Positions 1 to 13,544 of a stretch of 64,000 bases of DNA are shown piece by piece. Location of the stretch: the NCBI RefSeq assembly GCF_044704955.1, contig NC_091977.1, forward strand, positions 329,654,001 to 329,718,000, written 5' to 3'. The first letter of the stretch is position 1. Every line of letters begins with the position of its first letter. Source of the DNA: Pristiophorus japonicus (lineage: Eukaryota). The position numbers were made by a program, and so were the translations under genes. The notes under the pieces were generated by a model. It made no database searches and was not told the DNA's origin. It saw only the letters and a list, made by a program, of their open reading frames with translations.

Positions 1-919
1 ATCAAATAACCCTCTGTATCAAGCTGAAAAAAACACTTTGAAACAAATTAAAATTAATTGTAGCTACACTACATTTCAATAGAATTCAGTAGAACACGTC
101 TTAGTAACAGGTTTGGCTATAGCTTCAACAGGAGGGGAAAAAAGCTATTACAATTTTTACTGTGCCTCTGTGCATAATGAAAATATCTATCAGATGGCCC
201 TTTCACATTATGGCTCCTGGGAGAGCGAGAGAAACAGATGATTTCCCTGCACCACTTCCCCATTTTTAGATTTGAGGTCTGCTGCTGGCTCCTCCAGGCG
301 CATGAGAAGTTGATTGAGTGCTGAAAACAGCTCTTCTACACAGAATGCCCCCAAATCGTTTACTGGCTTGCTTCCGATCAGCTATTACCGATTTTGATGC
401 CAGCTCAGTACATTTATTAGCTATGGACTTGAAATAGTCAGTCTCTTCTGTAGCTAGAATAAGGTAGGTTGGATCATTTATACTTCAGGAGTGCTGTCAA
501 GTGTGCAAGATTTGACTCATCAGTATTCTAGCAGTGCAAACACACTTAAAGACATAGGAAGGTCATATTTTCCCTCCTTCCCTTCTAGCGAACAGTTTCT
601 TTAACACCAACAGCTCTCCTAAGTAGATTTTTTTCATGAGAACTGGCAGGCTATTCGACTGTGGGAGCATACCAAGCCTGGTGAAGTCCTTTCCTGACAG
701 CAACACATATGCAAATTCCAAACGAATCACTGGAGAGCAACCAAGCAATGGGGACACTGACTGATTTTCCTTCCCTTATTTAAGGATAGTAGGAGGAGGC
801 TAAACGTTTCTATACATTGGATACTATGATGATGACAAGGATCTTGAACTCTACCCATTTCTCTTCACTTCCTTTCGGCAATGATTAGAAGTTTGTTTCT
901 CCTCAATAATACTTCAACT

Positions 920-1160
920 GCCAGAGGACACAGATTTAAGATAAATGGCAAAGGGAGATGAGGAGAATTATTTTTACACGGCGAGTTGTTATGATCTGGA
1001 ATGCACTGCCTAAAAGGGAGGTGGAAGCAGATTCAATAAAAAATTTCGAAAGGAAATTGGATATATACTTGAAAATGAAAAAGATTGCAGGGGAAAGAGC
1101 TGGGGAATGGGACAATGGGCCGAATGGCCTCTTTCTGTGCTGTATGATTCAAGATTCTAT
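920..1160 (+). mobile_element. CR1 LINE 3' fragment
   Basis: Degenerate ORF2 C-terminus (FTRRVVMIWNALP) plus a CR1 3' UTR ending atgattc. Confidence 0.75.
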
Positions 1161-2173
1161 AACTAGGCAGGATCACAACCTTGAACCTCAAACTGTCCTA
1201 CTCTTTCTCTGAGGTAGATGGGGAACTAATAGTGGAGGAAAGAAGTTATAAAAAGTACAGAAAATAATTTTTAAGAAATACCAACATAGAATAAATCGAG
1301 TAAGGAGGAGACAGAAATAAAAGGAAAAATAAAGGTAACAAAAAATACTTTGCAAAGAAAAAATATATCAATACTTGAAGGACTGTGATCTTCCAACACT
1401 TCATACTTCCAGCATTTCAATCAGATGCAAGATCTAGCTGTCCCAGCAGAGTGTAAATCACCTTGAGTTTTTTAATCTGCTGTACTGTCACCCTGTCTCT
1501 AAGCTCACAAAACTGTTAACAGTTGACCCAAACTCCAGCTGGCAGCTTCATGCGTGATTGATTTTGCACCTCTGCCAGTACGAAACCTATTGTTTAGTGG
1601 TTCCCCCCTCATTGACATGTCGGTAACGGACGGTTATTTTGTGGCAATGAGGGAACCCAGTATCATTTTATTGGTTCGAACAAAACAACTGTAAATAGGA
1701 GCGGTACGCATGCTGAATCGCAAGGATTTAGTACTAAGTACTGCAGCTCAGTAACAATTCCCAGACCTTGTGCCAAGGGATTGATTAGGCAGTTTGCTGA
1801 CAAATACAACAGGATGAAGCAACTAATCAAACCTAAGTGGAGTGCTTGCAAATCAGCATCCTGCTAAAACAGTGCATCAGTCTGTAAAAAATGTATTACA
1901 AGAAATCACTCCCCAGTGGGTTATCAAACCAAAACAGACATCCCACTTATTCATCTCAATTCAGTGGTTTGTATTTATTAATAATCAGAATCAGGACAGA
2001 AAACCTTGTGTGATTAAAATGTCGAGTCAAACTGCACTGCATTATTTGGTCACAGGAGCAATCCCATTACTGATTGTGGCCAGTGCACTCTCACTCACAG
2101 CCAGACCTTCTCAGGATCAGCATATAAAGATCAAGCTCAAGATGGGAAATATATATCACTCTTTGGGGCTAAA

Positions 2174-2610
2174 AGTGCGTGCATCTGTGAGTGTGTGTAT
2201 GCCAATGCGTGCCTGTGCTTGCATGAGCCTGTCCGTGTGAGAACGTACGTGCTTTGGTGCTTGTGTGTGTGTGCACCTATGCATGAATGTGTGTGACAGT
2301 GTGCGTGAGTGAGTGTGCTTGTGGGTGAGTGTGCGCCTGAGCGCCTGTGGGTGTATGAGTGTGTGTATGTGAACGTGTGCCTGTGCGTGAGTGAGTATGT
2401 GCCTGTGCATAAGTGTGTGGGTGTGTGCATATGTGTGCCTGTGTGAACGTGTGCATATGTGTGCCTGTGTGAACGTGTGCCTGTGTGTTTGAGCGTGTGT
2501 GAGCATGTGCATGTGTGTGCTTGTGTGTGTATGAGAGAGTTTGTGTGTTTGTGTGCGTGTGTGTGAGAGAGAGAGAGAGAGAGTTTGTATTTGTGTGGGT
2601 CTGTTTGCGT
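2174..2610. repeat. Imperfect (TG)n/(GA)n microsatellite
   Basis: Directly visible; explains the His/Thr- and Cys/Val-rich ORFs here. Confidence 0.95.
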
Positions 2611-3170
2611 GGGTGGAGAAGTACCACCAGCGCTGCTTCGGCAAGGTCCTGCAAATCCACTGGGAGGATAGACGAACCAATGTCAGTGGTCTCGCTCAGG
2701 CCAACATCCCCAGCATTGAAGCACTGACCACGCTCGACCAGCTCCGTTGGGCGACACGAGACTCCCTAAGCAAGCGCTCTACTCGAAGCTCCGATACGGC
2801 AAGCGGGCCCCAGGTGGGCAGAGGAAACGTTTCAAAGACACCCTCAAAGCTTCGTTGATAAAGTGCAACATCCCCATCGGCACCTGGGAATCCCTGGTCC
2901 AAGACTGCCCTAAGTGGAGGAAGAGCATTCGGGAGGGCGCTGAGCATCTCGAGTCTCGTCACCAAGAGCATGCGGAAATCAAGCACAGACAGCGGAAGGA
3001 GCGTGCGGCAAACTAGGCTTCCCACCCACCCTTTCCTTCAACCACTGTCTGCCCCACCTGTGACAGAGACTGTAATTCCCGCATTGGACTGTATAGCCTC
3101 CAGAGAACTCACTTTTAGAGTGGAAGCAAGTCTTCCTCGATCTTGAGGGACTGCCTATGATGATGATGAT
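2611..3170 (+). mobile_element. RTE-clade LINE 3' fragment
   Basis: EKYHQRCFGKVLQIHWEDRRTNVS...RLPKQALY...GGQRKRFKDTLKASL; ends with a (GAT)n tail; same family as 18310-20975 and 24891-26326. Confidence 0.9.
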
Positions 3171-4329
3171 GGGGGTGTGTGAGTTTGTGTGCGGTCGTTT
3201 TATATACAGGTAACATTTATTCTGCGGGGCTATAAATTTTAAATCAATTGTGTTTTTTGATCAGCCAGATGCTTGACACAGACAGAAATTCGTCACCATG
3301 ATGAAGAGTCTCTGAAACAAGCTACTGAGGAATCCACTCAAACAGAGTTTTTGTTTGCCCAGGTATGAGATATTACTGGAGTTTAACCAACAATGGCGCC
3401 AGGACTGAAGTTGGGAGAGAGAAATGCCATTTAACTATTCACAGCGCTGCAGAAATCTTTGATCCTACTGTTAATCAAAAAAACCTTCTTTCCTGATGGG
3501 CTGTCTCCAATTTAAATTCAGCATCAGGAGCCTGGGCTGTACTCAGGAGCAAACAAAGAGTTCCCATTTAATATGCTTTTGGAGCTGAGCACCTTCCTAG
3601 TACAGTGTAGTTGTTGCTCTGATTTTTAAATGCTGCTCCCATCAGCAGCCCAGGCTTCTATTGCCGAGTTTAAATCGGGTGCAAAGAGCTCCTGCCAACT
3701 GGTCCTGGTCTGTCCCATGCAAGGGATCTTGGAGGCTGCTTAGTCTATTTAAAAGTAACAGGACTTCAGAGCTTTGATTGCAGATTTACAATGTTTTGGT
3801 TAAAACTCTATTGGACTCAACATGCTTGCTACATGCCTAAGTCATACAGTTATGACAATCCTGATCTCCAAAACTGGTTAAAAATAAAGTTTTATTCTGA
3901 AATTGGTGGGAGGTGCAGAAAGCTGAAAAATAGAGTACCTTAATCAGCATAAGCAGGCAACGTGCATTATCCTGTGATTAGTTAGACAGTAATAATTGAA
4001 CTGCAGGAGTTTTATTTACTGCTCCAAAGTGAATTTTTTATTGTGCTTCTTCTCAACATCTAGAAGTACTGTACCAAACATTCAAGAGAAGCTATTTGAT
4101 GATGCACTGAAATGTTGGGAGGCCTTACTGCAGCAGTATCCAAGCTCTGTGCCTTCATAGGCCACTTAAGTGCATATTAATGTGTATCTATATCTCAGCC
4201 TGTTGAAGCCCAACAGATCTTGGTTCTTTCCAAATCTCCAGGACCACAAATCTCAAACAGGACCAGTAACAAGCAAGAAATTTAAGACAACCACTGGCCA
4301 TAGTTTGGGAATCCCTGCCTCAAGAAGAT

Positions 4330-4576
4330 TTGGATTTATATAGAGCCTTTCACGACTACCGGACGTCTCAAAGCGCTTTACAGCCAATGAAGTACTTTTG
4401 GAGTGCAGTCACTATTGTAATGTAGGAAACGCAGCAGCCAATTTGTGCACAGCAAGCTCCCACAGACAGCAATATAATAATGACTAGATAATCTGTTTTT
4501 TTTTTAGTTATGTTGATTGAGCGATAAATATTGACCAGGACACTGGGGATAACTCCACTGCTCTTCTTCGAAATAG
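4330..4576 (-). mobile_element. Deu-domain SINE (SacSINE1-like), 3' half
   Basis: Reverse complement of the GAAGAAGAGCAG...TGTCCTGG..AATATTTATC core and the L2-like tail; shared with other copies in the window. Confidence 0.8.
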
Positions 4577-5062
4577 GAATAATTTCTGACTGGAAATTTA
4601 TTTGGGAACCATGATTAAAATTTTGTTTCGCAAGGCAAGTTAAAGAGACAACACTTACATGAAAGAAGGAAGAGGGGAAGGGAGGAAAATAACAACAAAT
4701 TGTTGAGAGAGGTGAGAAAATACACACTAAAACAGGTAAGGAATCAGTCCCCTAATAAATCCATTTACATCTCAAATTCAGCTGCAAAAAGTCACGATAT
4801 TCTTCGACAGTTAACGAGCACCAATCAGGCAACAAGGTCAATCTCAGCTGACTCACCTTTTTGATAAAATCATAGAATCGTACAGCACAAGAGGCCATTC
4901 GGCCCATCGTGTCTGTGCTGGTTCTTTGAAATTGATATCCAATTAGTCCCACTCCCCTGCCTTTCTCTATTGCCCTGTAAATGTTTCCCTTTCAAGTATA
5001 TATCCTATTCCCTTTAAAAAGATCTGCTTCCACCAACCTTTCAGGCAGTGCATTCCAGATTA

Positions 5063-5483
5063 TCATCAAGGCAGTCCCTCGAATGAAGATGACTTGCTTC
5101 CACAAGAGTTCACAGATGTTTCAATGAAGGGCCTGATGTTCCAGTCCTGAACTCCAATTGAAGGATGGAAGATGCCTGTGTGTGTGGATTTTTTTTAACG
5201 TGTGGTGACCTTGACAGAGCTCGGCCTTTATCCAGTGGCAAGGGTTGAACCAGGATGACTGGAGACCTGCTCACCTGCACGGACCTAGTGCGCACACATA
5301 TCGCAGTGTGGGTAGGCCCGTGCTGCCCCTGGGTCTTCGGCTCTTCTGGGTCTCATACCCTCATTCGCCGCACCTTCACCCACAATGTTCCAGGGCCTGG
5401 CGCTCCAGCTCTATTTATAGGCCCGACCTGCGGTGGTGTTCTTACACAGGTCAGGGCGGCCCAGGATGTTCCAGGGCCCCGGC
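5063..5483 (-). mobile_element. Short non-coding element with an RTE-derived 3' tail
   Basis: Ends with GTGGAAGCAAGTCATCTTC...GAGGGACTGCCT(T)GATGAT, the same terminus as the RTE LINEs; GC-rich body with no RTE ORF. Confidence 0.65.
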
Positions 5484-6125
5484 CTTTATTACAAAAGGAT
5501 TGGAATATAAGAGTAAAGATGTCCTACCGCAACTATATAGAGCCCTGGCGAGACCGCACCCAAAGCACCAAGCACAGTCCTGATCTCCTTACCCAAGGAA
5601 GGATATACTTGCCCTAAAGGGAGTGCAACACAGGTTCACTAAACTGATTCTTGGGTTTGAGGGGGTGGGGGGCAGGGATTGTACTATGAGGAGAGATTGA
5701 GTAGACTAGGCCCACATTTCCTAGAGTTCAGAAAAACAACAATGATCTCATTGAAACGCATAACCGCTTTTATAAGGGGTTTGACAGAGTAGATGACGAG
5801 AGGCTGTCTCCCCTAGCTGGAGAGTCTAGAACCAGAGGTCACAATCTCAGAATAAGGGTCGGCCACCCAGGATTGAAATGCAGAGAAAACTCCTCACTCA
5901 AAGGGCCGCGAATCCCTGGAACTCTCTACCCCAGAGGAGGCTCAGTCGCTGAGCACATTCAAGACAGAGATCAACAGATTTCTGGATATCAAGAGAATCG
6001 AGGGAAATGGGGACAGTGCAGGAAGATGGAGCTGAGGCAGAAGATCAGCCATGATCTCATGGAATGGCAGAGCAGGCTCGAAGGGCCGAATGGCCCACTC
6101 CTGCTCCCATTTATTATGTTCCATT
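5484..6125 (+). mobile_element. CR1 LINE 3' fragment
   Basis: AFITKGLEYKSKDVLPQLYRALARPH plus a CR1 3' UTR. Confidence 0.85.
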
Positions 6126-7137
6126 TACCACATGATTCTACATGCTACATAGAATGCCAAAAAACAAGTTTAATAAGAGCTGGACCTGCTTCGAAATGTG
6201 TGTGACATAGGACTCAAGCCAGGGATGTGGCGACTGTTTAGTGCGTTACCCAGTAGCTCATCACATAGTCCACAGACGGATATAAAGAGGTTTATACAAC
6301 GACCATAACCAATCACCCCTCCAATTAGCAAGAAAGAATAGTCACGGTTTCCACATCTTTGATACTTCCACACCTTTCTCCCCTCTGCCCATTTTAAGTT
6401 GATGTCCTCCTCTCCACCGTCCCCACCCCACCAAGTTGTCCTGCCCTCTATTCACAACTCCTCCGATAGAGGCTGTCCATGAAGCCTCCACCAGTCATGT
6501 CAGCGGTAGTGTCCACCTTGAATATGAGAAAGCCTATATCCCCATGACTTTTAGTGGCACCACCATTGTCAAGTCTCTCAAAATTAACATCTGTGGGGTC
6601 GGGGGGGAAAATCTTCTGATCAGAAGCTGAATTGAAACAGCCATACCAGCACCGCAGTTACTAGAGCAGGGCCGAGGTTGGGTACTTTGACAAGTGGTTC
6701 ACCTCCTGACCCTTCAAAGTCACTCCACCATCTACAAGGCTGAAATCAGGAAATCTTGCCACTTGCTTGGATGGTGCAGTCACAATACTCATAACAACTC
6801 AGTGTAAAAAAACAAATTCTTATCTTGCCTCTGGTTCTTTTGCCAATTATCTTAAATCTGTCCCCTCTGGTAAGGAAGTAGAGAAATGCTACTGTGAATT
6901 TTAAAAAGGAAAATGATATTCTAAATAACAAGATTACTGGTTGCAATATCACATCATTAGCAACTCTATAGCAGGTACAATTCTAGTGAAGACACACTGC
7001 TCTTCTAATATGCCGCACTCTTATTTCAAGATCATGCACACCACACTGTGTTCATTCATGGTACTGCCACTGTAATCTCAGCTTCTGGTAATAAAGCTGC
7101 AGATCCATGTCATGACAACTACTTGCACATTAAAGGA

Positions 7138-7470
7138 AATGAAAGACTTGCATTTATAGAATGCCTTTCATGACCAGGACATCCCAAAGCGCTTTACAGC
7201 CAATTAAGTACTTTTGAAGTCACTGTTGGTTGAGGAATAAATATTGGCCAGGACACCCGGGATAACTCCCCTGCTCTTCTTTAAAATAATGCCATGGGAT
7301 CTTTTATGTCCACCGAAGAGGGCAGATGGGACCTCGGTTTAACGTCTCATCTGAAAGACACCTCCGACATTACTGCACTGGGACTGTCAGCTTCGCTTAT
7401 GTGCTCAAGGAGTGAGACTTGAACCCACGACCTTCTGACTGAGGAAAGAATGCTACCCACTGAGCCATGC
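7138..7470 (-). mobile_element. Deu-domain SINE
   Basis: tRNA-like head (GGCTCAGTGGGTAGC...GGTTCAAGTC), Deu core (GATGAGACGTTAAACCGAGG) and L2-like tail. Confidence 0.85.
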
Positions 7471-7739
7471 CTAGTATTTTCCTCATATCACTACTGACGA
7501 CCATAATGAGGAAAATAGCTTTCACCCCAATAAGTACACAGCAGCCTTCAATTTTAAAAAGGAAAATAACTTAATGTACGGTGTATAAAATCAAACAGAG
7601 TTGTTGTAGTTATTTAAATCTGAGTGTCAGCTGACATTGTAAACTAATCCAGCTGAGCCCCCTGCAACAGACCAGGCTCACTACATGAAAAATAAAATTC
7701 TCTCTCATGCTATAAATTTGAGTCTTCCTCTCCTGATTT

Positions 7740-8826
7740 CACCCTGTCTCTCTTCCTGTCTGTCTGTCTGTGTGTGTCTCTCTCTCTCTCTCTCTTTCTC
7801 CCCGTCTGTTCCCCTCTCAGTCCGTCTGAGTCTCTCTCGGACGGTCCATCCATCTGTTTCTCTCTCTCCATCTGTTGTTCTTCCCATCTGCCTGTCTGTC
7901 TCTTGCTCTGCCTGCCTATCTGTCATCGCTCTGCCCACCTGCTTGTCTGTCTCTCGCTCTGCCTGCCTATCTGTTGTCGCTCTGCGCACCTGCCTGCCTG
8001 CCTGTCTGTGTCTGTCTCTCGCTCTGCCTGCCTATCTGTTATCGCTCTGCCCACCTGCCTGTCTGTGTCTGTCTCTCGCTCTGCCTGCCTATCTGTTGTC
8101 GCTCTGCCCACCTGCCTGCCTATCTGTGTCTGTCTCTCGCTCTGCCTGCCTATCTGTCGTCGCTCTGCCCACCTGCCGGTCTGTCTGTCTCTCGCTCTGC
8201 CTGTCTATCTGTCGTTGCTCTGCCCACCTGCCTGACTGTCTCTCGCTCTGCCTGCCTATCTGTCGTCGCTCTGCCCACCTGCCTGTCTGTCTGTCTCTCG
8301 CTCTGCCTGCCTATCTGTTGTCGCTCTGCCCACCTGCCTGCCTATCTGTGTCTGTCTCTCGCTCTGCCTGCCTATCTGTCGTCGCTCTGCCCACCTGCCT
8401 GTCTGTCTGTCTCTCGCTCTGCCTGCCTATCTGTCGTCGCTCTGCCCACCTGCCTGTCTGTCTGTCTGTCTCTCGCTCTGCCTGCCTATCTGTCGTCGCT
8501 CTGCCCACCTGCCTGTCTGTCTGTCTCTCGCTCTGCCTGCCTATCTGTTGTCGCTCTGCCCACCTGCCTGTCTGTCTGTCTGTCTCTCGCTCTGCCTGCC
8601 TATCTGTTGTCGCTCTGCCCACCTGCCTGCCTGTCTGTCTGTGTCTGTCTCTCGCTCTGCCTGCCTATCAGTCGTCGCTCTGCCCACCTGCTTGTCTGTC
8701 TGTCTCTCTCTCTCTTGCGCTCTGCCTGCCTGTCTCTCTCTCACTCTGCCCATCTGTGTCTCACTCTGCCCATCTATTTATCTCTCTCTCTCGCTCTGCA
8801 CATCTGTCTATTTGTCTCTATCTCTT
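7740..8826. repeat. Pyrimidine-rich minisatellite (about 46-56-bp unit) with flanking microsatellite
   Basis: Repeated unit ctctcgctctgcctgcctatctgtYgtcgctctgcccacctgcct followed by a variable (gtct)n spacer; roughly 15 copies in 7900-8700. Confidence 0.95.
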
Positions 8827-9146
8827 TCAAAGACCCAACTGGTCTAAGCTGACATATATGCTCCACATGAGCTACCTCCTACCCTACTTCATCTAACCCT
8901 ATCAGCACATCCTGCTTTCCTTTTTCTCTCATGTGTTTATCTAGCTTCCCCCTAAATGCATCTATGCTATTCGCCTCAACCAGCCCTGGTGGGAGCGAGT
9001 TCCACGTTCTCACCACCCTATCTCTGTAATCTCTTCCAGCCCTATAATCTTCCAAGATATCTGCGCTTCTCTAATTCTGGTCTTAAGAGCATCCTGATTT
9101 AAATCACTCCACCATTGGCGGCCGTGCCTTCAGCTGCTAAGGCCTT

Positions 9147-9275
9147 NNNNNNNNNNNNNNNNNNNNNNNNNNNNNNNNNNNNNNNNNNNNNNNNNNNNNN
9201 NNNNNNNNNNNNNNNNNNNNNNNNNNNNNNNNNNNNNNNNNNNNNNNNNNNNNNNNNNNNNNNNNNNNNNNNNNN
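9147..9275. other. Assembly gap (N run)
   Basis: Run of about 129 n characters. Confidence 0.99.
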
Positions 9276-10756
9276 TCTGGGGAGGTCCCAGCAGATTGGA
9301 AAACTGCAAATGTAACGCCCCTATTTAAAAAAGGAGGCAAACAAAAAGCAGGAAACTATAGACCAGTTAGCCTAACATCTGTGATTGGGAAATGTTGGAG
9401 TCCATTAGTAAAGAAGCAGCAGCAGGACATTTGGAAAAGCATAATTCAGTCAGGCAGAGTCAGCATGGATTTATGAAGGGGAAGTCACATTTGACAAATT
9501 TGCTGGAATTCTTTGAGGTTGTAACAAACAGGATGGATAAAGGGGAACCAGTGGATATGGTGTATTTGGACTTCCAGAAAGCATTTGACAAGGTGCCACA
9601 TAAAAGGTTACTGCACAAGATAAAAGTTCACGGGGTTGGGGTAATATATGAGCATGGATAGAGGATTGGCTAACTAACAGAAAAGAGAGAGTCGGAATAA
9701 ATGGTACATTCTCAGGTTGGCAATCAGTAACTAGTGGGGTGCCGCAGGGATCAGTGCTGGGACCCCAACTATTTACAATCTATATTAACGACTTGGATGA
9801 AGGGACCAAGTGTAATGTAGCCATGTTTGCTGATGATACAAAGATGGGAGGAAAAGAAATGCGTGAGGACACAAACAACCTGAAAAAGGACATCGTCGGG
9901 CTAAGTGAGTGGGCAAAAATTTGGCAGATGGAGTATAACGTTGGAAAGTGTGAGGTTATGCACGTTGGCAGAAAAAAATCAAAGAGCAAGTTATTATTTA
10001 AATGGAGAAAAATTGCAAAGTGCTGCAGTACAGCGGGAGTCCTGGTACATGTAACACAAAAGGTTAGTATACAGGTACAGCAAGTGATCAGGAAGGCCAA
10101 CAGAATCTTGGCCTTTATTGCAAAAGGGATGGAATATAAAAGCAGGGAAGTCTTGCTACAATCATACGGGGTATTGGTGAGGCCACACCTGGAATATTGC
10201 ATGCAGTTTTGGTTTCCATATTTAAGAAAGGACATACTTGCTTTGGAGGCAGTTCAGAGAAGGTTCACTAAGTTGATTCTGGTGATGAGGGGGTTGACTG
10301 ATGAGGAAAGGTTGAGGAGGTTGGGCCTCTACTCATTGGAATTCAGAAGAATGAGAGGTGATCTTATCGAAACGTATAAGATTATGAGGGGGCTGACAAG
10401 GTGGATGCAGAGAGGATATTTCCACTGACGGGAGACTAGAACTAGGGAGCATAATCTTAGAATAAGGGGCTGCCCATTTAAAGCTGAGATGAGGAGGAAT
10501 TTCTTCTCTCAGAGGATTGTAAATCTGTGGAATTCGCTGCTTCAGAGAGCTGTGGAAGCTGGGTCATTGAATAAATTTAAGACAAAGATAGATAGTTTCT
10601 TAACTGATAAGGGAATAAGGGGTTATGGGGAGCGGGCAGGGAAGTGGGCCTGAGTCCATGATCGGATCAGCCATGATTGTATTAAATGGCGGAGCAGACT
10701 TGAGGGGCCAATTGGCCTGCCCCTGCTCCTATTTCATATGTTCTTATGTACTTATG
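9276..10756 (+). mobile_element. CR1 LINE, RT domain to 3' end
   Basis: [44 protein letters not shown]; tail atgttcttatg. Confidence 0.95.
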
Positions 10757-10910
10757 TCCCTAAAATCCACCTCTTTGACCAAGCTTTTGGTCATCTGCCC
10801 TAAAATTTCATGTGGCTCGATGTCAAATGTTGTTTTATAACACTCCTGTGAAGTGCCTTGGGATGTTTTGCTATGTGAAAGGCGCTATATAAATACAAGT
10901 TGCTGTAGTA

Positions 10911-13430
10911 AAAATGTTTCTCCTGAATTCCCAATTGGATTTATTATTGACTATCTTATATTTATGGTCTCCCCCACAAGTGGAAACATCTTCTCTATGT
11001 CTATCCTGTCAAACACCTTCATAATTTTAAAAACCTCTATTAGATCATCCCTCTTCTAGAGTAAAGAGTCCTAGCCTGTTCAGCTTTTCCTGATAAGTAT
11101 ATTCTCTCAGTTCTGGTATCAACCTTGTCTTTTTTGCATCTTCTCCAGTGCCTCTACATCCTTTTTAGAATGTGGAGACTAGAACTGTACACAGTACTCC
11201 AATTGTGGTCTGACCAAGGTTCGGTACAAGATTAACATAACTTCCCTGGTTTTCAATTCTATCCCTCTAGAAATTAACCCAAGTGCTTGATTTGCTTTTT
11301 TTATGGCCTCATTAACCTGCAACGTTATTTTTAGTGATTTGTGTACCTGTACCCCCAGATTTCTTTGGTCCATTACCCCATTTAGACTGATTACTGAAGC
11401 TGTATGTGGTCTCCTTATTCTTCCAACCAAAATGTAACACCTCACACTTATCTATATTGAAATTCATTTGCCAATTTCTTGTGCGTCCTGCAAGTTTATT
11501 AATGTCTTAATATATTTTGTCACAGTCCTCCACTGTATTAACTACATCCCCCAATTTGGGGGTGTTGGCAAATTTTGAAATTGTACTTCCTATTCCAGAG
11601 TCCAAATCGTTTATGGAAATTGTCAACAACAGTGATCCCAGCACCGATCCCTTTGGAACACCACTTACCACCTTTTGCCAGTCTGAGTAGCTATCCTTAA
11701 CCCCTACTCTGTTTTCTGGTATGGCCAAGGTGCTATCCATTCTGCTACTTGTCCCATCTCCACAAGCTCTGACCTTAGTCATGAGTCTACATTGCAGTAT
11801 CTTATTTGAAGGCCTTTTGAGAATTAAAATATATTACATCTACTGCATTACCCGTGTCTGCTCTTTCTGTTACTTCTTCAAAGAATTCAATAATGTTGGT
11901 CAAGCATGACCTTCCCTTTTGAATTGATCCAGACTTTAATAAGAACGTAGACTACCTAAAACCAGCAATAATAAACACTTTCAAAGACATCATTTTCAGG
12001 TTAAAAGTTAGCGGCTTTGCATGGGATCATGGCTCAGTTATACATAATTTTAAAAGACAAATTTAAATCTACAGAGATATGGATCTAGATATGGACTTCG
12101 ACTCCATTAACTTCCCTAGTAGTTTACATTGATCACCCTTTGAGTAAAGAAATTTACCTTTCACCAATTTCAATTTATGTCCTTTGTTCTACCTTGAAGT
12201 TAATATTCTGTGGTATTGTATCTATGCCATTCAATACTTCATGTACCTCAGTGAAGCCTTCTTTCTGGACTCTTTTGTTTAACTTTAATCTTTCCTTGCA
12301 GTTCATTCCCTTTACACTTGTAATCATTCTTGTTCTCCTCACTGGCTCTCTGATTCCCCATTCCCATATCCTTCTAATATTTTTCTTTCTCAAAATTTTA
12401 CCCACTTCCCTTTCAAAAGCTACCACGGATGCTGCTTTAATCATGGTGTCTCTATCCATGGCCTAATAATCCTCCCATAACACATCTCCTAGTATCTTTT
12501 TTTCTTTTGGTAAATATATGGCCATTAGTTACTGATTCACCAGCCTATGAAAACAGTTTTCCCCCGATCTACCTCATAAAAACCCTTCAATTTTGAACAT
12601 CATTATCAGATTTCCTCTTAAACTTCATAGTTCCAATGAAAAGAGCTCCAATTTCTCAAGTAGCTCCAAATAACTAAAGCCTCTCATCCTTGATATAATA
12701 TCAGTGAAACCCTTCTGTACCCTTGGCATGGTCTTGATTTCTATTTAAAGTAAGGTGCCCAACAGTGGACACAAGTGCAACCTAACCATCGGGTTAATTC
12801 TTTCAAATTCCTTCTAGTGATACGGAGAGGGAGGGGGACAGGGAGGAGAGAGGAAGAGGGTACAGATCACACACCACTGGGGTTTTGAGGTGCTCGCAGG
12901 TCTTCCAGCACTGGTTTTGAGTTTCTAAAAGATCACCACCAGCATTGAATTCAGTGTTTTATGATTGGTTCTTGAAACATCTGTATCACTGTCTTTTCAC
13001 AGCTGTTGTGAATTAGAATGCTTACATTTTCTAACCATCAACAAAACATAGCACTAGACTAGAGATACTGCAACTAGTATGACCTGAGGAGATTTAAGAT
13101 TTTTTTTAATTATGAAGAGTTTTAATGAGGCAAATAGGGAAAGGCTATTTCCTCTGGTTGCAAGTCAGTGACAAGGGGTCAATTCAAAATTGTCAGGGGA
13201 AGGAGAGGGGTTAGGATAAATGTCTTTATGCAATTAGTTGTTAGAGCTTTAAAGGTTTTGCTGTAAGTAGTTGAGGCAAAGAACACTCCATTTTTAATGG
13301 GAAGAACAGATGAAGTAGAGAAAGGCACAGGGGTATAGGAGAGAGACCAGTGGGGTTAGTTTGGGATTTCTGTAGCAAAGCGTAGGCACAGATACAATGG
13401 GCCAAATGGCTTCCTTCAGTTTTATAAACC
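10911..13430. mobile_element. Cluster of older CR1 fragments (mostly minus strand; plus strand about 13050-13430)
   Basis: Minus-strand ORFs with GVPKGSVLG and LYRTLVRPQLEYCVQF; further degenerate 3' pieces. Confidence 0.7.
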
Positions 13431-13544
13431 TCCATGGTTGAAATCAGCTAAATCAGCATAGCCCAGGAATTGAGCCTGGTACTTTCCTGGACAGTAAATT
13501 TACCAACTGAAGTATAAGTAAAATAACTAATTTTAACGCAGTAT

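Larger units (their letters stand above)
9017..10910 (+). mobile_element. L2 LINE 3' fragment split by a gap and a CR1
   Basis: 9017-9146 and 10757-10910 are colinear with the L2 3' end at 16245-16597. Confidence 0.7.

Noticed and set aside
2137-2727. His/Thr-rich ORFs
   Set aside because: Artefacts of the (TG)n microsatellite.
7895-8760. CRISPR-like periodicity
   Set aside because: The units are contiguous with no unique spacers, there are no cas genes, and the context is eukaryotic.
7685-8896. 403-aa and overlapping Cys/Leu/Ser-rich ORFs
   Set aside because: Translations of a minisatellite, open in several frames on both strands; no evidence of a gene.
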